Assembly: GCA_045576635.1 (NCBI GenBank)
Contig: JAZNGT010000038.1
Span: 1 to 64,000 of the forward strand
From: Congzhengia sp.
GTDB taxonomy: Bacteria > Bacillota > Clostridia > UBA1381 > UBA9506
Length of the DNA: 64,000 bases
Direction of reading: 5' to 3'
The notes under the pieces are model-generated. The model ran no database searches. It saw only the letters and a program-made list of their open reading frames with translations, and had not been told where the DNA came from. The position numbers were made by a program, and so were the translations under genes. The stretch's first letter is position 1. Each line of letters starts with the position of its first letter. This document shows positions 38,344 through 47,821 of this stretch, piece after piece.

Positions 38344-39036
38344 ATGAAATATTCAGCAGAAGTAGAAAGTATGTGTCCTTTGGCAAAAGGCGCATATCAC
38401 GGCCCGGCACCCATCCCGCAGGAAGGCAGATGGACCCAGGTAAAAGAAGTAAAAGACATTTCCGGTTTAACACACGGTATTGGCTGGTGCGCACCGCAGC
38501 AGGGTACCTGTAAGTTGACCTTAAATGTAAAAGAAGGTATCATTCAGGAAGCTTTGGTTGAAACCGTAGGCTGCTCCGGTATGACACACTCTGCGGCTAT
38601 GGCTTCTGAAATTTTGGTTGGTAAAACACTTTTAGAAGCATTAAACACAGACTTGGTTTGTGACGCAATCAACACCGCAATGCGCGAATTATTCCTCCAA
38701 ATCGCTTACGGCAGAACGCAGACCGCGTTTTCAGAAGACGGTCTTCCCATCGGCGCAGGTTTGGAAGATTTGGGTAAAGGTCTTCGTTCGCAGGTTGGTA
38801 CAACCTACGCAACATTAGAAAAAGGCCCCAGATACTTAGAACTTGCAGAAGGCTATATCACCAAAATTGCAGTGGACGAAAACAACGAAATCATCGGTTA
38901 CAAGTTCGTTCATTTAGGCAAAATGATGGAAATGATCGCAAAAGGTATGGACGCAAACGAAGCGCTCGCAAAAGCAAGCGGACAGTACGGCAGGGTTGAC
39001 GATGCGGCTAAGCTCTTAGACCCCCGTCACGAGTAA
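38344..39036 (+). CDS. conserved protein with NifU/IscU-like N-terminal scaffold-like domain, unknown function
   Basis: CPLAKGAYHG, VETVGCSGMTHSAAMASEILVGKTLLEAL (pattern GCxxxxxxAS..L..GK.L.EA as in IscU), and a third Cys in GWCAPQQGTC. 230 aa. Confidence 0.45.
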   Translation: MKYSAEVESMCPLAKGAYHGPAPIPQEGRWTQVKEVKDISGLTHGIGWCAPQQGTCKLTLNVKEGIIQEALVETVGCSGMTHSAAMASEILVGKTLLEALNTDLVCDAINTAMRELFLQIAYGRTQTAFSEDGLPIGAGLEDLGKGLRSQVGTTYATLEKGPRYLELAEGYITKIAVDENNEIIGYKFVHLGKMMEMIAKGMDANEALAKASGQYGRVDDAAKLLDPRHE

Positions 39037-39053
39037 TTAAGGAGGGTATTATA

Positions 39054-40052
39054 ATGGCTTTATTTGAAAGTTATGAAAGAAGAATCGACCAGATTAATGC
39101 TGAACTCAATAAACACGGCATTTCTTCCATTGAAGAAGCAAAAAAAATCTGTGACGATAAAGGAATCGACGTATATAATTTAGTGAAATCCATTCAGCCC
39201 ATCTGCTTTGAAAACGCTTGCTGGGCATACATTGTAGGTGCGGCAATCGCAATCAAAGAGGGCTGCACAAAAGCGGCTGACGCAGCAGAAAAAATCGGTC
39301 TTGGCTTACAGTCTTTCTGTATCCCCGGTTCTGTTGCAGACGACAGAAAAGTTGGTATCGGTCACGGTAATTTGGGCGCTATGCTCCTTCGTGACGAAAC
39401 CAAGTGTTTCGCATTTTTGGCAGGTCACGAATCCTTTGCAGCAGCAGAGGGTGCAATCGGTCTTGCACGTTCTGCAAACAAAGCAAGAAAAGAAGACTTA
39501 AAGGTTATCTTAAACGGTCTTGGTAAAGACGCTGCACAGATTATTTCAAGAATCAACGGCTTTACATACGTGCAGACACAGTTTGACTATCACACAGGTA
39601 AGGTTTCAGTTGTAAAAGAAACGGCTTACTCTAACGGCGAACGTGCAAAGGTTCGTTGCTACGGCGCAGACGATGTACGTGAAGGCGTTGCAATCATGCA
39701 TTTAGAGGGCGTTGACGTTTCCATCACAGGTAACTCCACCAACCCCACACGTTTCCAGCATCCTGTTGCAGGTACCTACAAAAAAGAATGTATCGAGCAG
39801 GGTAAAAAATACTTCTCTGTTGCATCAGGCGGCGGTACAGGTCGTACACTTCACCCCGATAACATGGCAGCAGGCCCCGCTTCTTACGGCATGACAGATA
39901 CCATGGGAAGAATGCACAGTGATGCTCAGTTTGCAGGTTCTTCATCCGTTCCGGCGCACGTTGAAATGATGGGACTCATCGGCGCAGGTAACAACCCGAT
40001 GGTAGGTATGACAGTTGCAGTAGCGGTTGCTATCGAAGAAGCAATGAAATAA
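39054..40052 (+). CDS. GGGtGRT-family protein, unknown function
   Basis: Contains the family-defining SGGGTGRTLHPD motif. 332 aa. Lies 18 nt downstream of the NifU-like gene. Confidence 0.55.
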   Translation: MALFESYERRIDQINAELNKHGISSIEEAKKICDDKGIDVYNLVKSIQPICFENACWAYIVGAAIAIKEGCTKAADAAEKIGLGLQSFCIPGSVADDRKVGIGHGNLGAMLLRDETKCFAFLAGHESFAAAEGAIGLARSANKARKEDLKVILNGLGKDAAQIISRINGFTYVQTQFDYHTGKVSVVKETAYSNGERAKVRCYGADDVREGVAIMHLEGVDVSITGNSTNPTRFQHPVAGTYKKECIEQGKKYFSVASGGGTGRTLHPDNMAAGPASYGMTDTMGRMHSDAQFAGSSSVPAHVEMMGLIGAGNNPMVGMTVAVAVAIEEAMK

Positions 40053-40117
40053 GTTTCGGCGTTAAAAAACGTTTAAAACGTCAAAAGCAAAAATAACCTA
40101 TTTAATAGGAAAATAAA

Positions 40118-40157
40118 GAAAGAACGCAAGGATTAACTTGCGTTCTTTTTATTTTTA
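40118..40157 (+). terminator. rho-independent terminator
   Basis: AAGAACGCAAG-GATTAA-CTTGCGTTCTT followed by TTTATTTTT. Confidence 0.65.
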
Positions 40158-40304
40158 TGCTTTTGACTATGAACATTCTTCACCTCTCGGCGTATCTACA
40201 TACGCCTTCGGGTTCAGACTGTCCATTTCAATTCGTTTTTTCTCCGCCGCCATGGTAAGGGAAAAATGAAAAGGGCAGAAACTTTGTCATAAAATTTCTG
40301 TCCT

Positions 40305-40508
40305 TTACTTCTTTTGTTCGTGTTCTGTCAGGTAATCCAATGTGACATTATAAAAATCAGCCAGTTTTATCAGCATAGAAACGGGGATTTCGCTCGTTCC
40401 GTTTTCGTATCTTCCGTAAACCTGACGATTGCACATAAGAAAATCTGCAACTTGTTTTTGTGTTAAGTCATGGTCGATTCTTAATTCATATAATCTTTTA
40501 AAATTCAT
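40305..40508 (-). CDS. XRE-family HTH transcriptional regulator
   Basis: LTQKQVADFLMCNRQVYGRYENGTSEIPVSMLIKLADFY HTH_3 motif. Confidence 0.7.
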   Translation of the reverse strand: MNFKRLYELRIDHDLTQKQVADFLMCNRQVYGRYENGTSEIPVSMLIKLADFYNVTLDYLTEHEQKK

Positions 40509-40521
40509 CTATTTGCACCAA

Positions 40522-40767
40522 TTACTCTTTCCCATCAATCAGATAATCGTAGGAAACCTTAAAAATCTGTGTAAGTGCTTGAAGTTCAAAATCGGTAACA
40601 TATCTTTTATTTGTTTCTATACGGGTAATAACATTTTTATCCATATCTATTCCGACAAGTTGAAGTTCGCGGGCTAAGTCCCTTTGCGAAAAATTTGATT
40701 TTTTTCTTAATACTTTAAGTCTTTCTCCAATGAGGTTTTTCCCGTTCGCATTTGTGCGTTGTTTCAT
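40522..40767 (-). CDS. XRE-family HTH transcriptional regulator
   Basis: GERLKVLRKKSNFSQRDLARELQ.. HTH_3 motif. Divergent from 40888 and tandem with 40305. Confidence 0.7.
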   Translation of the reverse strand: MKQRTNANGKNLIGERLKVLRKKSNFSQRDLARELQLVGIDMDKNVITRIETNKRYVTDFELQALTQIFKVSYDYLIDGKE

Positions 40768-40887
40768 AACATCACCCCAATTCATTTTGTCTCACTTTTT
40801 GCAATTATTATCTTGATTTTACAATGATATTATGTTATAATCGGTTGTAAAAATGAGACAAAAACAATTAATATAAGGAGAACCTTT

Positions 40888-41121
40888 ATGGAAATCAAAT
40901 TTCAACTATTAAGAGGTTACGTTTCAGACATTATAAAAGAGAGGCTTGATAATTTTATTGTTGATGCCAACGAAATTGTGAATACAATAGCGCTAGATGC
41001 ACTTTCGGAAATTCAGCAAATCATACAGGACGTTACCTGCTCTGATTTTGAGGCCGTTGAAAGAATTGTGCGTGTATTTGAAAAATATAATATAAGTGCA
41101 GGGGCGCGGCATGATTTTTAA
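40888..41121 (+). CDS. conserved 77-aa small protein, paralog of 3790..4023
   Basis: Same length and same C-terminal signature (SDFEAVERIVRVFEKYNISAGARHDF). GGAGAA RBS. Confidence 0.5.
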   Translation: MEIKFQLLRGYVSDIIKERLDNFIVDANEIVNTIALDALSEIQQIIQDVTCSDFEAVERIVRVFEKYNISAGARHDF

Positions 41122-41123
41122 AT

Positions 41124-41162
41124 AAAACGGAGTGACTTTTTTAAAAAGTCACTCCGTTTTCT
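41124..41162 (+). terminator. rho-independent terminator
   Basis: AACGGAGTGACTTTTTT-AAAAAGTCACTCCGTT followed by TT. Confidence 0.55.
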
Positions 41163-41411
41163 CTCGGTCGGGGAAAGAAAACGGGGCTAATTTGTGAAAA
41201 AAATAACACAAAAAACGATAAAAATTTAACAATCTTGATGGCGGAAGAATGCGGTAACTGTGCGAAAAATCGCAAGTTTTTATTGCTTTTTGTTTATGAA
41301 TATGGTATGATAAGAGAGGAAATTTAAGTCTTACAATTTTTGCGGTAAAATGGGTTTTTCTTTGCACGCTGTGAAGAAAGCATTTTTTACAGCACGAAAG
41401 GACGTTTCAAT

Positions 41412-42746
41412 ATGAGAAAATTGACTTTTTCAGGCGGTATTCATCCGCCCGGAAACAAAGAAAGCACAGAGCACAAGCCGCTCGTTACCATTCCGGCGCC
41501 TGCGCTTTTGTATTTTCCCTTAAATCAGCACATCGGTGCGCCGCTTAAACCTATCGTTAAAGTAGGCGATACGGTTATGCGTATGCAGAAAATTGCAGAT
41601 TCGGAAAGTTTTCTTTCGGCGCCGCTTCATGCGTCAGTTTCGGGTAAGGTAAAAGATATCGGCCTTTATTTTAATCATTCTAACGTAAAGGTTCCCACCA
41701 TCGTGATTGAAAATGACGGGCTTGACACCGAGGCGGAGCCGTTAAACACAAAAAATCCCGACGATTTAACGCCGGACGAAATGCGGAAAATTATCCGCGA
41801 GGCAGGTATTGTCGGCATGGGCGGAGCAGGGTTTCCGACGCACGTAAAACTTTCGCCTCCCCCCGATAAACCGATTACGCATCTTATTATAAATGCAGCG
41901 GAGTGCGAGCCTTATTTAACCTCGGACCGCCGCGTTATGCTTGAAATGACAGACGATGTTATGGGTGGCTTAAAATGCCTGATGCGTCTTTTCTCACTCG
42001 ACACTTGCATCATCGGTATTGAAGACAACGCAAAAGAGGCGATTTCGCTTCTTGGTGAAAAAGCAATTCCCGGCGTAAAGGTAGCAGTGCTTCAAAAGAA
42101 GTATCCGCAAGGCTCTGAAAAGCATTTAATTTATGCCATCACGGGTAAAGAAGTACCCATGGGCGCGCTCCCGATGGATGTCGGCTGCGTGGTGGTAAAT
42201 ATCGGCACAGTGGCAGAAATTTATCGTGCGCTCGCGCGTGGCATCGCGCTTCACAGAAGAATTGTGACCGTGTCGGGCGACTGTATCAAAAATCCCGCAA
42301 ACATTTACGCAAGAATCGGTACACCGTTTTCGGCGCTTACCGAGGCGGCAGGCGGATTTATAAAAGAGCCGCACAAGATTATTATGGGCGGCCCCATGAT
42401 GGGTATTGCGGCAGCAAGTTTAGATGCACCCGTGGTAAAAGGGACATCGGGTCTTTTGGTGTTTTCAGACCGCTTTGCGCACAGCAAGCCTGAAACCGCG
42501 TGTATCCGCTGCGGGCGGTGCGTTTTAGCGTGTCCTATGAACTTAATGCCGACGACGCTTGATATGTACAGCAGAAAAGGGGATTTAGACACCTTAATTA
42601 AAAACAATATTATGAACTGTATCGAATGCGGCAGTTGCACCTATGTGTGTCCCGCAAAGCGTTATTTAGTACAGTCCATTCGTATGGGCAAACAAAAAAT
42701 TGCCGCAAGACGCGCAAAAGAAAAAGCAAAGGAGGCAAAGGCATGA
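41412..42746 (+). CDS. rnfC: Rnf electron-transport complex subunit C
   Basis: NADH-binding GMGGAGFPTHVK and two 4Fe-4S motifs (CIRCGRCVLACP, CIECGSCTYVCP). Confidence 0.85.
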   Translation: MRKLTFSGGIHPPGNKESTEHKPLVTIPAPALLYFPLNQHIGAPLKPIVKVGDTVMRMQKIADSESFLSAPLHASVSGKVKDIGLYFNHSNVKVPTIVIENDGLDTEAEPLNTKNPDDLTPDEMRKIIREAGIVGMGGAGFPTHVKLSPPPDKPITHLIINAAECEPYLTSDRRVMLEMTDDVMGGLKCLMRLFSLDTCIIGIEDNAKEAISLLGEKAIPGVKVAVLQKKYPQGSEKHLIYAITGKEVPMGALPMDVGCVVVNIGTVAEIYRALARGIALHRRIVTVSGDCIKNPANIYARIGTPFSALTEAAGGFIKEPHKIIMGGPMMGIAAASLDAPVVKGTSGLLVFSDRFAHSKPETACIRCGRCVLACPMNLMPTTLDMYSRKGDLDTLIKNNIMNCIECGSCTYVCPAKRYLVQSIRMGKQKIAARRAKEKAKEAKA

Positions 42747-43726
42747 CAGAGTTAAAAACCGTTTCATCCTCGCCGCATATCAGGGCAAACATTTCGACTT
42801 CGTCTATTATGCGTGATGTGTGTATTGCTCTCGTTCCTGCGCTTTTGTGCTCGGTTATATATTTCGGCTTTCGTGCACTTTTGCTGACTGCGCTTTGTAT
42901 GATTTTTTCTGTTGGATTTGAATTTTTGTGGCAGAAAATTACGAAAAGACCTGTCACCATTTCGGACGGAACGGCGGCAGTCACCGGTATGCTTTTGGCG
43001 TTTAACTTGCCCGCCGTTGCGCCGTGGTGGATGGCGCTTGTCGGCGCATTTGTTGCGATTATCATCGCAAAACAGTTTTTTGGCGGTGTCGGCAACAACT
43101 TTATGAACCCCGCCCTCGCGGCGCGTGCATTTTTGCTTGCATCGTGGCCGCTTCTTATGACAACGTGGGTTACACCGCTTTCCGGCGGATTTTTTGGCGC
43201 GGCAGACGTTATCAGTGCGGCAACACCGCTTGCCGTTTTAAAAGACCCGTCGGCAGGAGAACTTCCTTCCATTATGGAACTTTTCATCGGAAACCGCCCG
43301 GGCTGTATCGGTGAAACATCTGTGATTGCACTTGTCCTTGGTGGTATGTATCTTGTGGCAAAACGCGTGATTTCAGTGCGTATTCCGCTTACCTTTATCG
43401 GTACGGTTGCGGTTTTAAGTTTCGTTTTCCCCGCACCCCAACTTTCTCCAATCGAGAGCATGCTTTACAGTGTGTTAAGCGGCGGACTTATGCTCGGTGC
43501 TATCTTTATGGCAACCGATTACGTGACTTCGCCGATGACGCGGGTTGGACAGATTATCATGGGTATCGGCTGCGGCGTTTTAACCTTTGTGATTCGTCGC
43601 TTTGGCGGATATCCCGAGGGCGTAAGTTATTCGATTTTGCTCATGAACGTGGCAACACCGTTAATTGACAAATGGACGCTGCCGAAAACCTTTGGCAGCC
43701 GCACAAAAAAAGGGGGTAACAACTGA
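42743..43726 (+). CDS. rnfD: Rnf complex subunit D
   Basis: Start at the ATGA overlap with the rnfC stop. Polytopic NqrB-like protein with an FMN-attachment region. Confidence 0.8.
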   Translation: MTELKTVSSSPHIRANISTSSIMRDVCIALVPALLCSVIYFGFRALLLTALCMIFSVGFEFLWQKITKRPVTISDGTAAVTGMLLAFNLPAVAPWWMALVGAFVAIIIAKQFFGGVGNNFMNPALAARAFLLASWPLLMTTWVTPLSGGFFGAADVISAATPLAVLKDPSAGELPSIMELFIGNRPGCIGETSVIALVLGGMYLVAKRVISVRIPLTFIGTVAVLSFVFPAPQLSPIESMLYSVLSGGLMLGAIFMATDYVTSPMTRVGQIIMGIGCGVLTFVIRRFGGYPEGVSYSILLMNVATPLIDKWTLPKTFGSRTKKGGNN

Positions 43727-44301
43727 TGCAAAAACAAGAAAATCCCGCAGTGTTATCCTTGGTTTTGTTTGTTATTTCGGCAGTTGTGGCGCTTTTGTTG
43801 GCGTTTACCCATTCTGTGACGAAAGACAAAATCGCAGAAAACACGTTAAAAGAGCAACTGCAAGCAAAACAGGAAGTTTTACAAGAAGCATTTGACTTTT
43901 TAGATGTAGAATTTAAAGACGAAACCGGTCTTGTGCGTTCACTTTCGCAGGGCGTAAGCGGGGACGGAAAACACGTCGGCTGGGTTGCAAATGTTGTGCC
44001 CTCAGGCTATGGCGGCGCAATTGACGTGATGGTAGGAATCGGACTTGACGGGAACTTGACCGGCGTGAAAGTCGTTTCCCATTCGGAAACCGCAGGTCTT
44101 GGCGCAAAGGCGGCAGAGGATGAATTCCCCTCGCAGTATGTGGGAAAATCCATACAAAATCCGTTAACCGTTATTAAAAACGGAACGCCGAAGACAGACG
44201 AAATCGTTGCGATTTCCGGCGCAACCATTACGAGCCGTGCCGTAACAAGCGGCGTAAATGCCGCAATGGATGCGGTAAAACGCTTAAACGGAGGTGTGTA
44301 A
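43726..44301 (+). CDS. rnfG: Rnf complex subunit G (FMN-binding)
   Basis: SGATITSRAV FMN-binding motif and an N-terminal TM anchor. Confidence 0.8.
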   Translation: MQKQENPAVLSLVLFVISAVVALLLAFTHSVTKDKIAENTLKEQLQAKQEVLQEAFDFLDVEFKDETGLVRSLSQGVSGDGKHVGWVANVVPSGYGGAIDVMVGIGLDGNLTGVKVVSHSETAGLGAKAAEDEFPSQYVGKSIQNPLTVIKNGTPKTDEIVAISGATITSRAVTSGVNAAMDAVKRLNGGV

Positions 44302-44302
44302 T

Positions 44303-44911
44303 ATGGGAAATTTTAAAGAACTCACCAAAGGCCTTTTAAAAGAAAATCCCATTTTCGTGCAGTTTCTGGGTATGTGTGCTACGCTCGCCGTTTCGACAAG
44401 CGTGGTAAACGGTCTCGGTATGGGACTTTCTACCGCGGCGGTTTTGGTTATGTCAAACATCATTATTTCGCTCATGCGTAAAGTTATTCCCGATAAGGTG
44501 CGTATTGCGGCTTACATTATTGTAATAGCGGGTTGTGTTACCGCCGTTGAAATGGCAATTAAAGCATTTGCACCGGAGATTTCAAAATCGCTCGGTATTT
44601 TTATTCCGCTTATCGTAGTAAACTGTATCATTTTAGGCCGTGCCGAAGCGTTTGCATCGAAAAACAGTGTCGGAAAATCGGCGCTTGACGGCATCGGCAT
44701 GGGGCTTGGCTTTACACTGGGACTTGTGATTTTAAGTGCGATCCGTGAAATTTTAGGTAATGGTACGTTTTTGGGAATTGCGCTCTTTGGTAAGTCGTTC
44801 CAACCGGTAAGCGTACTTACACTTCCGCCGGGCGGATTTATTATGTTAGGTATTGTGCTTGCGGTGATTAACATTCTCACGAAAAAGCACGGGGAAAGGA
44901 GCGATAAATAA
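44303..44911 (+). CDS. rnfE: Rnf complex subunit E
   Basis: NqrD-like six-TM protein. GGAGGTG RBS. Confidence 0.8.
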   Translation: MGNFKELTKGLLKENPIFVQFLGMCATLAVSTSVVNGLGMGLSTAAVLVMSNIIISLMRKVIPDKVRIAAYIIVIAGCVTAVEMAIKAFAPEISKSLGIFIPLIVVNCIILGRAEAFASKNSVGKSALDGIGMGLGFTLGLVILSAIREILGNGTFLGIALFGKSFQPVSVLTLPPGGFIMLGIVLAVINILTKKHGERSDK

Positions 44912-45495
44912 TGAAACTTTTTGTAGAACTTGTACTCCTTTCTTTAACAACCATTTTAGCAAACAACTATGTATTGGTAAAGTTTTTGGGTATTTGTCCG
45001 TTTTTAGGCGTATCGAAAAAGGTCGGAACGGCAGTCGGTATGAGCGTTGCCGTTACGTTCGTTATGACGGTGGCTTCCTGCGTTACTTTCTTTGTGCAAA
45101 AACTTTTGGTTTTCTTTCAGATTGAATATATGCAGACCGTGGCGTTTATTTTGGTTATTGCAGTTTTGGTGCAAGTGGTGGAAATGGCGATTGCACGCTA
45201 TTCTCCCGCACTTTACAATGCGCTTGGCATTTACCTTCCCTTAATTACCACAAACTGCGCCGTTTTGGGCGTTGCCCTTTTAAACGTGCAGGAGGGATTT
45301 GATTTTGTTCATACACTCGTTTACAGTTTCTCTGCAGGTCTTTCGTTTATGCTTGCAATCGTGTTGTTTGCCGGTGTAAGAGAACGATTAGAAACTGCCG
45401 ATATTCCAAAGCCTTTACAAGGGTTTCCCATTGCGCTTATTACCGCAGGCCTGCTTGCAATGGCATTTCTGGGCTTTTCCGGAATGAGTTTTTAG
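44911..45495 (+). CDS. rnfA: Rnf complex subunit A
   Basis: NqrE-like. Paralogous to rnfE. Confidence 0.8.
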   Translation: MKLFVELVLLSLTTILANNYVLVKFLGICPFLGVSKKVGTAVGMSVAVTFVMTVASCVTFFVQKLLVFFQIEYMQTVAFILVIAVLVQVVEMAIARYSPALYNALGIYLPLITTNCAVLGVALLNVQEGFDFVHTLVYSFSAGLSFMLAIVLFAGVRERLETADIPKPLQGFPIALITAGLLAMAFLGFSGMSF

Positions 45496-45505
45496 GAGGT
45501 AGGGT

Positions 45506-46309
45506 ATGAGAGCAATTTTAGAACCGATTCTTATTTTAAGTGTTATGGGCGCGGTGTTCGGCGTGCTTTTAGGCGTTGCGGCAAAGGCGTTTCGCGTGGA
45601 AAAAGATGAACGTCTTGATTTAATCACAGAACTTTTGCCCGGCGCAAACTGCGGCGGCTGCGGATATGCCGGTTGCGGCGCGATGGCGCAGGCGCTACTT
45701 GACGGTCACGCGGCAGTAAGTGACTGCCCCAGTATGAAAGCAGAAAACAGAGAGCGCATAGCGGCAATTTTAGGCGTAAGCGCCGGAGAAGTACTCCCCA
45801 AAGTTGCGCGCGTAATGTGCAGCGGCTCGTGTACAAGTGCGGTGATGCACTGCTCGTACGAGGGCATTACAGACTGCGTTGCTGCATCCCGCTATGGGGG
45901 CGGCGACAAGGCGTGCAGTTTCGGCTGTATCGGCTACGGAAGTTGCGGCGATGTGTGCCAGTTTGATGCTATTTCGGTTGTAGACGGCGTTGCCGTGGTA
46001 GACAGCGACAAATGTACCGCCTGCGGTATGTGCGTAGACGTTTGTCCGCAGCACGTGATTTCGCTTGTTAATAAAAATCAGAGAACATTTGTAAGTTGTA
46101 TGTCAAAAGACAAAGGCGCAAACCTGAAAAATATTTGCGCGAAAGGCTGCATCGGCTGCCGTATTTGCGAAAAGAATTGTCCGAAAGGCGCAATTACCGT
46201 CGAAGATAATCTGGCGCGTATTGATTACGACCTTTGCGTAAACTGTGGCATCTGTGCAGAAAAATGCCCGAGAAAGATTATAGATTTTACAAGGCCGGAA
46301 GCGGTTTAA
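45506..46309 (+). CDS. rnfB: Rnf complex subunit B (polyferredoxin)
   Basis: N-terminal TM helix, then CGGCGYAGCG and several CxxCxxCxxxCP clusters. Confidence 0.8.
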   Translation: MRAILEPILILSVMGAVFGVLLGVAAKAFRVEKDERLDLITELLPGANCGGCGYAGCGAMAQALLDGHAAVSDCPSMKAENRERIAAILGVSAGEVLPKVARVMCSGSCTSAVMHCSYEGITDCVAASRYGGGDKACSFGCIGYGSCGDVCQFDAISVVDGVAVVDSDKCTACGMCVDVCPQHVISLVNKNQRTFVSCMSKDKGANLKNICAKGCIGCRICEKNCPKGAITVEDNLARIDYDLCVNCGICAEKCPRKIIDFTRPEAV

Positions 46310-46323
46310 CAAAAGATATGATA

Positions 46324-46358
46324 AAAGAAAGCCAATCAAAATGATTGGCTTTCTTTTT
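46324..46358. terminator. bidirectional intrinsic terminator
   Basis: AAAGAAAGCCAATC-AAAAT-GATTGGCTTTCTTTTTC. Confidence 0.7.
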
Positions 46359-46821
46359 CTATGCAAAGATTCAAAATTTTCCGTTCCTTTTTCCGCGCAT
46401 AAGTATAAGCGATTCTTGTGCCGCTTTTTTGTGCGCACGTTTCATCAAAATATACGATACAGAATTTGCTTTGGTTTATCATCTCGTAGTTTCGTTCTAC
46501 ATAACACGCTTTTCCTGCATTTAAAATGCGCTTTGGATAATACGTTTTTTCGTAACACTCTAATAAATAAGAATGATAATCATTCCTGATATATGGAAAT
46601 TCGGCACGGACGTAGACTCTCTTTATAAAGGGGTAGTGTCTTTTTAACTCAGATACGGTCTGGTGACACAAATCGTCAAACGCGCTTTTGCTGCCAAACA
46701 AAAAGGTATCGACATTTTCTTTTACAATCAGCGTTTCGATTGTGCGGTACAGGAACGATTTCATTTTTTCTGTTGCGTCAATTTTACGATGTCCAAAAAA
46801 GCAACAGGTGTTTTCTTTCAT
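46336..46821 (-). CDS. SLOG/DUF1273-like (YpsA/YoqJ-like) protein, hypothetical
   Basis: The N-terminal pattern CFFGHRKI...LIVKENVDTFLFGSKSAFDDLCHQTVSELK resembles the DUF1273 VTGYRP..VLTGGQLGVEQ layout. The assignment is tentative. Confidence 0.35.
   Translation of the reverse strand: MKENTCCFFGHRKIDATEKMKSFLYRTIETLIVKENVDTFLFGSKSAFDDLCHQTVSELKRHYPFIKRVYVRAEFPYIRNDYHSYLLECYEKTYYPKRILNAGKACYVERNYEMINQSKFCIVYFDETCAQKSGTRIAYTYARKKERKILNLCIEKESQSF
46565..46587. promoter_or_regulatory. intragenic copy of 23-bp Fur/PerR-type box AAATAAGAATGATAATCATTCCT
   Basis: Identical to the 23-mer at the perR promoter (54998..55020). It contains the perfect inverted repeat GAATGAT-A-ATCATTC. Confidence 0.5.
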
Positions 46822-46958
46822 ACCGTGTCTCCTTTGTGTAAATGATATGTTAATCATTATATAACATTATTTACATAAAGTAAAGAAACATATACACACG
46901 CTCAATTATATTTTATATCAGTTGTTGGTAAAATAGAATTGAGTAAGGAGGGAGCGCG

Positions 46959-47189
46959 ATGAAAACAGAATTTCCCGAGCGTTACATCACGTTGGGTTTA
47001 AAGATTGCCTATTACAGAAAGAAATGCGGATATACGCAAGAAGTTTTTGCCGAACTGATTGGCAAAAGCGTCAATTTTCTGGGACAGATTGAAGGCACCG
47101 GTACCGTTCGGGGTGTATCACTTGAAACACTCTTTAAAATGGCGGATGTCTTAAAGATTTCTCCTTCCAAACTATTGGAGGATGACTAA
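46959..47189 (+). CDS. XRE-family HTH transcriptional regulator
   Basis: GLKIAYYRKKCGYTQEVFAELIGKSVNFLGQIE HTH_3 motif. 76 aa. Confidence 0.65.
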   Translation: MKTEFPERYITLGLKIAYYRKKCGYTQEVFAELIGKSVNFLGQIEGTGTVRGVSLETLFKMADVLKISPSKLLEDD

Positions 47190-47194
47190 AAATA

Positions 47195-47228
47195 AAAGCG
47201 CGTACTAAAAAGTGCGCGCTTTTTTTGT
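47195..47228. terminator. bidirectional intrinsic terminator
   Basis: AGCGCGTAC-TAAAAA-GTGCGCGCT-TTTTTTG, with A-run on the other side. Confidence 0.6.
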
Positions 47229-47242
47229 GGCTCTATCGTTCG

Positions 47243-47677
47243 TTAGTCGTTTTTATCTGTTTCCCACGAAAGAATAGTGCCGTCGTTTGCTTTGATTTCG
47301 GCGTCATATTCTGTGCCGTCTTTTTTAAATTCGATTTCGTATTTCCACACACCGTCATCTAAATCAAGTTCTGTGCGCGAAAACGTTACGCCGTCTTTTG
47401 TAAGTCCCGCTTTTTTAAGCGCAATTTCTTTTGCTTTTTCTTCTCCGATAAAAGACGCCGTGTCGGGTTTTTGGGACTGCGTCTGTTTTGCGTCCTCTTG
47501 TTTATTGGCATCGGGCATCTGGGATTCCGGCATCTGCGGCTTTGCATCCTCTTTGTTATCCGGCATCATATCGTTTACTTCGTCTTTGATTGGCTCTGTC
47601 ATCTCTGTCAGCGAGCAGGCCGTCATTGCACTTACTGCAATCACTGCTGCAAAAAGCAGAAAAAGTCTTTTTTTCAT
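47243..47677 (-). CDS. PepSY-domain lipoprotein
   Basis: Signal MKKRLFLLFAAVIAVSAMTACS. A Pro/Asp/Lys-rich linker. C-terminal PepSY-like KEIALKKAGLTKDGVTFSRTELDLDDGVWKYEIEF. Confidence 0.55.
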   Translation of the reverse strand: MKKRLFLLFAAVIAVSAMTACSLTEMTEPIKDEVNDMMPDNKEDAKPQMPESQMPDANKQEDAKQTQSQKPDTASFIGEEKAKEIALKKAGLTKDGVTFSRTELDLDDGVWKYEIEFKKDGTEYDAEIKANDGTILSWETDKND

Positions 47678-47760
47678 AACAATCATCTCCCTTTTGTTAG
47701 TATGTCCGTATAGCGCGTATTTAAAAACTGAAAAATTATGAAATAAATTTAGAGTTTCAC

Positions 47761-47789
47761 TTGACAAATCTTGTTTTTTTTGGTAAAAT
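47761..47789 (+). promoter_or_regulatory. sigma70-type promoter of the aromatic amino acid operon leader
   Basis: TTGACA - 17 nt - TAAAAT. Confidence 0.5.
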
Positions 47790-47821
47790 AGTTGAAAATT
47801 CAATTTTAAAAGGTAACAGTT

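Noticed and set aside
41190-41230. Possible Rex operator TTGTGAAaaaaatAACACAA upstream of rnfC
   Set aside because: The half-site spacing is 6 nt rather than the consensus 4 nt, and the right half has two mismatches to TTCACAA. This is too weak to call from sequence alone.
42626-42742. Longer rnfD start (MRQLHLCVSRK...) from the ORF track
   Set aside because: It overlaps the rnfC C-terminus. The ATG at 42743 overlaps the rnfC stop (ATGA) and begins with MTELKT followed by the conserved RnfD N-terminus.
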